Assembly (NCBI GenBank): GCA_030603385.1
Contig: JAUVXW010000001.1
Location: forward strand, 64,001-128,000
Length of the DNA: 64,000 bases
Direction: 5' to 3'
DNA from: Promethearchaeota archaeon
GTDB lineage: Archaea > Asgardarchaeota > Lokiarchaeia > Sigyniarchaeales > SOKP01
The position numbers were made by a program, and so were the translations under genes. The notes under the pieces were generated by a model. It saw only the letters and a list, made by a program, of their open reading frames with translations, was not told the DNA's origin and made no database searches. This document shows positions 10,340 through 17,795 of this stretch, piece after piece. The stretch's first letter is position 1. The number at the start of each line of letters is the position of its first letter.

Positions 10340-12397
10340 TCAAGATTCAATGTCATGAACTAAGATTCCGTTTGTTGAGATAAACCAGCCATTGTCAGTC
10401 TTTATATTAAAGATATCATGATTTTTCTTAATTTTTTTTATAGATTTGATTTTTACGGGAGTTGTACTATTGAATTTGAGAAGCCCCATGAATTTTCTTT
10501 TATAATGTTTTCCTTTGGTCTCTACTATGCGATGACAATTATCTGAAGGAGAAGAATTGTGAATAGAAACAAATTGCCCAATTGCTCCTAACATACTCAC
10601 TAAATCATTTTTTAATTGTTTACTTACTGTTGTAAATCTTCTTAATCCATTTGGTAATTGATCACCATCACCCTTATAGTATGCATCTAAAAAAGCGTTT
10701 ATCCTGTCATTTGTTAATAATTCAAATGGAATTCTCTTATTTTGAGCTAACTTTGAGCATAAATTTGTGGTTAATTCCATCAACATATTTGAATTTATTC
10801 TAATCATGTTATTTCCGTTATTTGTCACAGGAAAATTTAATTGTTCAAGAAGATTAATGATTTCTCTCCAGTTTTCGTAATTTTTACTTTTTGATTGGCT
10901 AATCTGAATCCTATTTTTATCTGTACTACCTTCTGAAGCATACCAACCCAAATATCTGAAGAAATCATTAGTTAATGGAACAATTGAGGAATACCAATAC
11001 CCAACTCTTTCATGAATTTTTATTAAAATTTCAATATTTTTTCTCCTCGCTTCATTTTCAAGTAATTGTCTTTCCGAATTTGATAAATTCGACCAGATTG
11101 TTCTATATATTTTAGCTACCTTAGAATATTGAAATTTAGAATTAATTAGTTGTATTAACGGATCATTGGTCTGTTGATTTGTCCTATATGAGAATTTTAG
11201 ATATTCATTCCTCTTTATTCCAACCCATCGATTCTCCCAATTTAGGAAGCTAGGAATAAAAATAAGATCTAGAACATTTGAAGAGAGTAGAATCTTATGG
11301 AGCACCAGCAAATTATCTTCTTTATTTAGATCTCGAGCCTTGGTATATTTAACATACCAATCATTTAATGTGGAATCATAGGATTTATTGCGAATTCGAA
11401 TCACCATTTTAGGAATTATTTGATCTGGAGTGCAAGTAATGTGTCTTCCATCAGATAAACGAATATTTAGTAAGTTTGAAGATTTACTTCTTGTAAAATC
11501 CCTAATATGTATAAATTTTGGAGCCCCAAATAACTTACCTTTTTTGTTGATTGATAATATTTTTAAATTTTGCCATGAATTCTCTAGAAATCCAATTTGA
11601 ACCTTGTTAACTATCCCCTTTGTATCCTTTACCACTATTTCCTCATCATAAGGAAGCCCACTTTTGATTTTCTTGTTTCTAGATTGATAACCTGAATCAA
11701 TTTCCTCAAATGGATAATTCTTTAAGTTTTTAATTATTGTAGCTTCAAATTTTGGAAGACCTTTCATTTCCCACATCTCCGAAACTAATTTAAACACGGT
11801 TTTTGTCAGCCATAATAAAAAAATTTTAACATGTGCATGATATTTTTGATCTAATTGAATTTTATTTTGCAATAATTTAAGCCAATCTTCAAATTCCTCA
11901 ATACTAAGTCTAAATAAATTTCCTAATAATTTATTGCTTATACGTTTATTAATTATTGGTTTAAGGTAATTTGCTAAATCATAGAGTAAGGATTTTGTTA
12001 GGTTCACTCGACATATGAAAGTATTTGCATTTTGTTCCCATGTTCTTATAAAAAGGTAGATTAAGCGAGAGATAACAATAATTAAATTTTCTTTAAAAAT
12101 TTGAGGGAAATCATTGTCTCCCAAAATCAAAGCTACAGAGATTTTTTGAGATTTCCTTATCTTAATGACTCTTCTAATTAAGGATTTCGTCTTTGGACCT
12201 AAATTTTCTTTTGTGTTTATAGTAATATCATTATTATGCCAATCTCTACAATTAATGCTTGAATAATTAATTTCTAATCCACAAAATTCACATAAAGCAA
12301 ATTCTTTATTTTCTGTGATTCTTTGAATGATTTCATATGGTATTTCCCAACCACAATATTTACAGAAATTTGTAGATTTTTTTCCTTTTTCGATCAT
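10340..12397 (-). CDS. Zn-ribbon + helical domain fused to degenerate intein (Hint) with LAGLIDADG homing endonuclease
   Basis: CKYC/CEFC N-terminal Zn ribbon; intein block A-like (S)GLPYDEEIVVK at aa ~246, block B GRHITCTPDQ, LAGLIDADG blocks YLGWYASEGS and AFLDAYYKGDG, blocks F/G IFNIKTDNGWFISTNGILVHD. Confidence 0.88.
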   Translation of the reverse strand: MIEKGKKSTNFCKYCGWEIPYEIIQRITENKEFALCEFCGLEINYSSINCRDWHNNDITINTKENLGPKTKSLIRRVIKIRKSQKISVALILGDNDFPQIFKENLIIVISRLIYLFIRTWEQNANTFICRVNLTKSLLYDLANYLKPIINKRISNKLLGNLFRLSIEEFEDWLKLLQNKIQLDQKYHAHVKIFLLWLTKTVFKLVSEMWEMKGLPKFEATIIKNLKNYPFEEIDSGYQSRNKKIKSGLPYDEEIVVKDTKGIVNKVQIGFLENSWQNLKILSINKKGKLFGAPKFIHIRDFTRSKSSNLLNIRLSDGRHITCTPDQIIPKMVIRIRNKSYDSTLNDWYVKYTKARDLNKEDNLLVLHKILLSSNVLDLIFIPSFLNWENRWVGIKRNEYLKFSYRTNQQTNDPLIQLINSKFQYSKVAKIYRTIWSNLSNSERQLLENEARRKNIEILIKIHERVGYWYSSIVPLTNDFFRYLGWYASEGSTDKNRIQISQSKSKNYENWREIINLLEQLNFPVTNNGNNMIRINSNMLMELTTNLCSKLAQNKRIPFELLTNDRINAFLDAYYKGDGDQLPNGLRRFTTVSKQLKNDLVSMLGAIGQFVSIHNSSPSDNCHRIVETKGKHYKRKFMGLLKFNSTTPVKIKSIKKIKKNHDIFNIKTDNGWFISTNGILVHDIES

Positions 12398-12437
12398 TTA
12401 ATTTCATTATTTACATTTATATTTAAAAAAAAATAAT

Positions 12438-12462
12438 TAGTCTTTATTATCTCTAAAGACTA
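12438..12462. promoter_or_regulatory. Inverted repeat upstream of the endonuclease gene (possible operator)
   Basis: TAGTCTTTA-N7-TAAAGACTA, about 40 bp before the start of 10340..12397. Confidence 0.3.
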
Positions 12463-12629
12463 TTAGAATTTTCTTACACCTTCGGTTATATTATGTATAT
12501 TCTCTATAGGTTTATTATTATTTTATATAAATCTAAGAAAATATTTTTTATAAAGAAGAAGAGAGAATAGAAAAACGATAAAACTGAATATATTTTTCTA
12601 CGGAATAATTATATTGAATTTAAAATAAG

Positions 12630-12914
12630 CAAAAAAACTTGGAAAATTATACCAAAGTTGTTCCTCAGCATGTTAGAGCAGCTAAAGAATTAATGAAGGT
12701 CACAGGAAAAACATATCAAAAAGGTGAAACAATTAGTTTCATCAAAAGTAAAGGGGCACTCGGAGCTAAAGCAATTGAACTTGCTAAACTCCAAGACATT
12801 GATACTAACAAATATAAAGAACTTTTAAAATCTGCTTTAGAACAGGTCTTAGATGCTCTTGGTATTACTTTTGAAGAAATTAGGGGAATTAAAAAGATGG
12901 ACGCCTTTTTCTAA
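12630..12914 (+). pseudogene. Displaced/duplicated 3' fragment of polB (thumb C-terminus with PIP-like tail)
   Basis: QKNLENYTKVVPQHVRAA...LEQVLDALGITFEEI aligns without gaps to the PolB C-terminus (53/84 identical by hand count); ends GIKKMDAFF; in-frame stop at 12621-12623 just upstream. Confidence 0.9.
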
Positions 12915-13071
12915 ATTATTTGGCAATACAAAAAAAAGAATATAATTATATGTAATTATATTATTTTGAAATGGCCATGATTCATGGACCTGATAACATA
13001 GGTTATTACACAATTTTTTTTTACCAACATTAGAAATTTAGTTGAGTTATAATATTTTTATACTAAAAATG

Positions 13072-13094
13072 TTTACTTTCTTTTTAAAAGTAAA
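13072..13094. promoter_or_regulatory. Inverted repeat upstream of the HTH/TA operon (possible autoregulatory operator)
   Basis: TTTACTTT-N7-AAAGTAAA, about 45 bp before ATG 13140; AT-rich context lowers significance. Confidence 0.3.
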
Positions 13095-13139
13095 TAGTTT
13101 AATTTAAATAATTTAAATTTTAATAGTTAATTGGATTAG

Positions 13140-13490
13140 ATGAATTTTAATCAGGATGAGATTATTAAAGAAGTTTTTGAAAAAAAGAATCAAATAAATT
13201 CTAATACATTTACCATAACACGTTTCATTTTACTCACTTTGCTTTCATATTTCATTGATGGTCTTCAATTTCGTGAGTTAAAAGCATCATTAAAAATCTC
13301 AGATGGGAATATAGCATCAAATCTTCTTTATTTAACAAAGATGGGATATATTAATAAAAATGCATTAGAATTTGATAATAAAAAATTACATTATTATACC
13401 ATTACGGAGAATGGAAAAGAAGAATTAAAAAAAATATTAAATTGGATGGAATTAATAAAAAAACTTTTGGGGGAGACTAATGATGAGTGA
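13140..13490 (+). CDS. Winged-helix transcriptional regulator (ArsR/MarR-like)
   Basis: FRELKASLKISDGNIASNLLYLTKMGYI helix-turn-helix and YTITENGKE wing. Confidence 0.85.
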   Translation: MNFNQDEIIKEVFEKKNQINSNTFTITRFILLTLLSYFIDGLQFRELKASLKISDGNIASNLLYLTKMGYINKNALEFDNKKLHYYTITENGKEELKKILNWMELIKKLLGETNDE

Positions 13491-14028
13491 AGATTTTAAA
13501 AAAGTTATTTCAGTTCTAAAATATTGGGATATGTATTTGGAACGGCCTAATAGAAATTATGGTTCTCGGTTTAAAATTCAAAAATTAACTTATTTATGTA
13601 AATCAATGGGATTTCCTCTCAAATATCAATTTACCTTATATATTAGTGGACCATATAGTACAGGATTAACCCGAGACTATTTTAATGCACCTCAATTAAT
13701 AGAAACGCTTGAAACAGATTATATTTTAAATGAAGTTGATTTAGAAATTTTAGATAAAATTAATGAATATGTGCTTATTCATCCGATCACTAATAATTAT
13801 GAATCAGAGTTTTTAGAAGCAGTATCAACAGTTGATTATTTAAAAAAAAGATATCCTGACATGTTAGATGATGAAATATTTGCAAAAACTAAAGAAGTTA
13901 AACAATATTTAAAAGATTCTATAGTTGTCATTGCTATTAATACTGTAAAAAAACTATTATTTAAACCAGAGTTCTTAACTGAAGAAGTTCAAGAGGAAAT
14001 TGACATCTGGGATAAAGCAGAAGATTAA
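13480..14028 (+). CDS. Putative antitoxin, Panacea/DUF4065(SocA)/YwgA-like
   Basis: RFKIQKLTYL...YQFTLYISGPYSTGL and LEAVSTV motifs; directly upstream of a PemK-family toxin. Confidence 0.65.
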   Translation: MMSEDFKKVISVLKYWDMYLERPNRNYGSRFKIQKLTYLCKSMGFPLKYQFTLYISGPYSTGLTRDYFNAPQLIETLETDYILNEVDLEILDKINEYVLIHPITNNYESEFLEAVSTVDYLKKRYPDMLDDEIFAKTKEVKQYLKDSIVVIAINTVKKLLFKPEFLTEEVQEEIDIWDKAED

Positions 14029-14042
14029 CATCTGGGGATATT

Positions 14043-14411
14043 ATGGAACGATGGAGAAGGTTTCAAATAAAAAGGCGAGAAATATGGGATGTTAAATTAA
14101 GTTATCCTGGTGAAGGAGTTGGCCATGAAGAAAGATTTCCACATCCTTGTATTGTTATTAAATATAACAAATTTGTGGATATGGCAACTATTATACCTTT
14201 AACGAGTAATGTACAAGCATTAAAGGATTTTCCATATACCCATATAATAAATCCTAATACTTCAAATGGTTTAACTAATCAATCAATTGTAATGATATAT
14301 CAAGTTCGATCTTTAAGTAAACAACGTTTTTTACGAAAAAAAGGGAGAGTAATAAGAGACAATTATGATAAGATTCAAACTATTTTTAAAGATTATTTTC
14401 AACTATATTAA
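14043..14411 (+). CDS. PemK/MazF-family endoribonuclease toxin
   Basis: RREIWDVKL...GHEE..PHPCIVI, IIPLTS, NGL...S.V...QVRSLSKQRF motifs. Confidence 0.85.
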   Translation: MERWRRFQIKRREIWDVKLSYPGEGVGHEERFPHPCIVIKYNKFVDMATIIPLTSNVQALKDFPYTHIINPNTSNGLTNQSIVMIYQVRSLSKQRFLRKKGRVIRDNYDKIQTIFKDYFQLY

Positions 14412-14488
14412 AAACAATTTTATTTTTTCTCCTGAATCAACAACAATTAGAAAAACAAAAAAAGAATAAAATTAGTTTTAATTTTTAT

Positions 14489-14902
14489 CTACTTCTTACT
14501 GAATTCGTTTGGATTTCCTCCAGTTTCAAGATATTCAGCATATTTTTTTAAACTTTTTAACAGCATCTCCCCTGCTATTCCTAATATCTGTTCTTGGCTT
14601 GCATCGTCAAATTCTGCCCAAATTGTTGCCTCAACAACATCTCCTTTTGGTTTTAAAGCATATCCCAAACTTGTCATTGGACTACCCTCTTGAGTTGCTG
14701 ATAAACTCTCAGGGGGGTTTGTTTCTATACGAGTCGATGTTACGTCTCCAACATTCGTTTTAAAAAAATAGTTACCTGGACCAAGTTCTTTGACTTCATT
14801 AACTACGATATTCCACCTAGGATAATCGTTGTCTTCATCTATGATCTTAAAAATTCTCTCTTGAGATGCGGAAATATCAACTTTTTTTTCTACACGTGGC
14901 AT
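14489..14902 (-). CDS. SRPBCC (START-like) family protein
   Basis: VDISASQERIFKII...YPRWN N-terminus and C-terminal helix LKSLKKYAE. Confidence 0.7.
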   Translation of the reverse strand: MPRVEKKVDISASQERIFKIIDEDNDYPRWNIVVNEVKELGPGNYFFKTNVGDVTSTRIETNPPESLSATQEGSPMTSLGYALKPKGDVVEATIWAEFDDASQEQILGIAGEMLLKSLKKYAEYLETGGNPNEFSKK

Positions 14903-15004
14903 AAAATTAACACCTTATGAAATTCAATTGAAATCTTTATAATTTCGATTAAATATCTTTAGAACGAGATAATTTATAAAACTTTATTTTTTTAAGATAC
15001 TCCA

Positions 15005-16087
15005 TTACAAGATATAATACAATAAGCCCATTATCAAGGCACTAAAAATGGGATTTAGAATATTATCATCTATCTTATGATTTGAAACATCAATTATAAG
15101 GAATGTTATTGCTCCACTAAATGAGATTACTAAAATCTCAAATAATATTAACGAACTTTCAAATATCCACAAAGAAATGAATGCAATACCGAATGAAGTC
15201 AGAAATCCTGCGATATAACCAATAATAGTCTTTTCTGATGATTTAGGATAATGAATCTTTCCAAATTGAAGACCAAAAACAGATGCGGCACCATCCCCTA
15301 ACGTTGCAATCAGAGAAGCTGCTGCAAAAATACCAAACGGAAAAATAAAAATAGGGGCAAATGATAAAGCTAGTATTAATGGTTTAATATAATTATAATT
15401 TTCATTTCGCTTCATAGTCTTTCCTAATAGATTCAATACATTCTCAGGGATCAAATGGAATAAGTTATGATTTTCGAAAATAAATGATAATCTGATATAA
15501 TCTAATCCCCCTAAGATTAATATACCTGAATAACCAGCAGTTAAAATTAAAAAAAGACCAAACTGCTGGCCAGTAATTCTCCATACCTCATCAGCATTCC
15601 ATAGACCAGCCCATATATAAACAGCAAAAATCCACAGAAAAATAATAATTCCTGCTGGGAATAAATGTAAAGCTTTTCGGTGGATATCCGTTTTAATTTT
15701 ATGAGATCTTAAACTGTTTAGGTCGTCTTCTTGTTTATCAAACTTATTTAAAAAGCTCTTAATATTTCTCCTTTCCTTAATATCTGGATCATTCCTTAGT
15801 ACTACTCGGTGTTGATAAAAAAATATCAAGAAAATCAAAAAGGGTGTAATTATACAAATAAAAAACATGGATAGGATTTGAAACAACCTAAAATGTGGAT
15901 TACTTAAAGATAAATACAATGGATATATTAGTCCCGCGATAATCCATAAGAAGAAAGTCAAAATACAGTTTACAAAATTATGTTCCTTAGGAAATTTCTG
16001 ATTCAGTTTAATAGCATAGTAAAACAAGCCAAATCCGCTAAATATAAAGAGAATTGTTACTGGCAATAATACTATGTCATATACCAT
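15005..16087 (-). CDS. CTP-dependent polyprenol/phytol/diacylglycerol kinase-like membrane protein
   Basis: RKALH, LGDGAASVFG, KTIIG and IDDNIL motifs of the dolichol/phytol kinase family; multi-TM. Confidence 0.8.
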   Translation of the reverse strand: MVYDIVLLPVTILFIFSGFGLFYYAIKLNQKFPKEHNFVNCILTFFLWIIAGLIYPLYLSLSNPHFRLFQILSMFFICIITPFLIFLIFFYQHRVVLRNDPDIKERRNIKSFLNKFDKQEDDLNSLRSHKIKTDIHRKALHLFPAGIIIFLWIFAVYIWAGLWNADEVWRITGQQFGLFLILTAGYSGILILGGLDYIRLSFIFENHNLFHLIPENVLNLLGKTMKRNENYNYIKPLILALSFAPIFIFPFGIFAAASLIATLGDGAASVFGLQFGKIHYPKSSEKTIIGYIAGFLTSFGIAFISLWIFESSLILFEILVISFSGAITFLIIDVSNHKIDDNILNPIFSALIMGLLYYIL

Positions 16088-16175
16088 GATATCTTTTAGT
16101 AAAATGCTATTTCAAAAATATCTTATGGAAAAATTATTTTCTAGAAGATATATAAAAAAAAATTAAATATTAATT

Positions 16176-17090
16176 CTAAATTATCTGAACTTCTTTTTTT
16201 AAGTGTTTTTGAATAAATACCCCAATTTTTTCAGTTGCTTTCTGACCTTCTGGCGCCCACGAAGCAAACATTTGAAACATATGAATCATATCTTCCCATA
16301 TATCTAAAATAACATCAACTCCAGCAGCTTTTGCTTTTTCTGCAATTCGAGTAGAGTCATTTAGCAAAATTTCTGCACTACCTACTTGTATTAACATAGG
16401 TGGTAATCCTTTGAGATCAGCATATAATGGTGATATAAAAGGATTCTTGGGATCATCCTCTCCGATATATAAAGAAGCCAAAAAGAAAAGATCACTTGCA
16501 CTCGCAAGTGGATCTACTTTTGCTTTTGTTATAATTGATTCTCCAGTCATAAGTAAATCTACCCATGGTGAAAGTATAATTGCTGCGGCAGGCAATGTGA
16601 TACCAGTGTCTCGTAATTTCAAAAGTGTTGCGAATGTTAAACCACCTCCAGCTGATTCACCTCCGATTATTACATTTTTAGGATTAATTCCCTCACTATC
16701 GATCAGCCACTTGTAAGCAGCAACAGCATCCTCTAAAGCTGCAGGATAAGGATTTTCAGGTGCTAGGCGGTAACCTAATAATAAAACTCGCGAATTTGAG
16801 ACCCGAGAAATCCTTGAACCAAACTCCTTATGTGTATTGATTGAACCCTGAACATAACCTCCCCCATGTAAATATAGGACAACAAATTCCTCTACAACTT
16901 CAGGGGTGCTTATCCATACGGCAGGGACACCGCTAACATCGACATTCTCAATTTTCACATCATTTGGAATTTGTAGCATAGCTTCTAATTGATCAAAACC
17001 AGCACGACCTTCTTCTACTCTTTTTTTCGTAGCAACTTCTCCTTGTTGCGATAACATTTTTATAAGTCTTTCCAGACCTTCACTAACCAT
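16176..17090 (-). CDS. Alpha/beta hydrolase (HSL-family esterase)
   Basis: HGGGY oxyanion motif, GESAGG nucleophile, C-terminal MIH. Confidence 0.92.
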   Translation of the reverse strand: MVSEGLERLIKMLSQQGEVATKKRVEEGRAGFDQLEAMLQIPNDVKIENVDVSGVPAVWISTPEVVEEFVVLYLHGGGYVQGSINTHKEFGSRISRVSNSRVLLLGYRLAPENPYPAALEDAVAAYKWLIDSEGINPKNVIIGGESAGGGLTFATLLKLRDTGITLPAAAIILSPWVDLLMTGESIITKAKVDPLASASDLFFLASLYIGEDDPKNPFISPLYADLKGLPPMLIQVGSAEILLNDSTRIAEKAKAAGVDVILDIWEDMIHMFQMFASWAPEGQKATEKIGVFIQKHLKKEVQII

Positions 17091-17199
17091 TTGAGATTTC
17101 CCTCTGTAAACTTTTTAATAATAGATTTTAGTAAAATAAGTAGTTTTTATGAGTAAAAAAATATATCTGAAAAAAATAATAAGAAAAAGGCTAGAAGAA

Positions 17200-17406
17200 T
17201 TAAATAATAAATTTGATAATTAGATAGAGTCCAATGGCTATTAATATTACAGAGACGATTATAATAATTGCCATTCCAGTTAGCTTTAGTTGATCAACCC
17301 ATACATCCCATTGGGTAATTACGAGGGATAGAAGAATGACACCAAAAGCTATCATGAATAGTCCAACCCCAATCAAAACTAAACTTGATTTCGTAGAATC
17401 TTTCAT
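17200..17406 (-). CDS. Small two-TM membrane protein
   Basis: 68 aa, two hydrophobic helices, preceded by GGATGTGAG. Confidence 0.6.
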   Translation of the reverse strand: MKDSTKSSLVLIGVGLFMIAFGVILLSLVITQWDVWVDQLKLTGMAIIIIVSVILIAIGLYLIIKFII

Positions 17407-17507
17407 AATTACTCACATCCTCTATTATTATTAGAAAAACAGAATAATAAAATTAATGAAAAAAATAACTAAAAATTAAAAAATATAATAATATAGATAA
17501 AAAAGAG

Positions 17508-17795
17508 TTATAATCCTAATAACAATATTTTATCGACTGCTTCATGCACTTTTTTTAAATTATCTTCTCCGAGAGCTTCATCAACCTTAACTTTAAGATT
17601 TAAAAGAGTTCCAACACCAGTTACTAACGTATTCTGTATAAAATTATTAAAAATACTCTTCTCTGCGTTCTTATTCTTGAATTCTTCGACTCTATCGAGC
17701 ATTATTTGTTCGTATTCTTTTGCAGTACTAGTTTTTAGCTCTACTAATTTGCGGATCTTCTTCCCATCTTTGTCTTCAATATATTCATCAGACAT
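17508..17795 (-). CDS. Hypothetical protein, abutting the radical SAM gene
   Basis: 95-aa ORF whose ATG immediately follows the stop of 17796..19535. Confidence 0.65.
   Translation of the reverse strand: MSDEYIEDKDGKKIRKLVELKTSTAKEYEQIMLDRVEEFKNKNAEKSIFNNFIQNTLVTGVGTLLNLKVKVDEALGEDNLKKVHEAVDKILLLGL

Larger units (their letters stand above)
9993..12629. mobile_element. Putative 3'-end-replacing homing element (WHO/HO-like): alternative polB 3' end plus intein-derived LAGLIDADG endonuclease gene
   Basis: Endonuclease gene lies between two diverged copies of the polB 3' end; homology of the downstream copy starts at GCAAAAA (12629-12635), which matches 9992-9998 in polB; left boundary is a minimum estimate. 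Confidence 0.7.

Noticed and set aside
10340-11662. A conventional intein inserted in polB
   Set aside because: It is on the opposite strand, outside the polB reading frame, lacks the splicing residues and has no C-extein; polB itself is uninterrupted.
12639-12914. Small subunit of a naturally split PolB
   Set aside because: The upstream polB is already complete and contains the same region, so the fragment is redundant rather than complementary.
14003-14036. Short direct repeat ACATCTGGG at the end of the antitoxin gene
   Set aside because: Only 9 bp and 25 bp apart; it could be a micro-duplication but has no supportable function.
6530-14411. Provirus or casposon-like element integrated at the tRNA and carrying PolB
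   Set aside because: No integrase, Cas1, capsid or terminal repeats and no duplicated tRNA 3' end were seen; the PolB is a cellular-type enzyme, not protein-primed.
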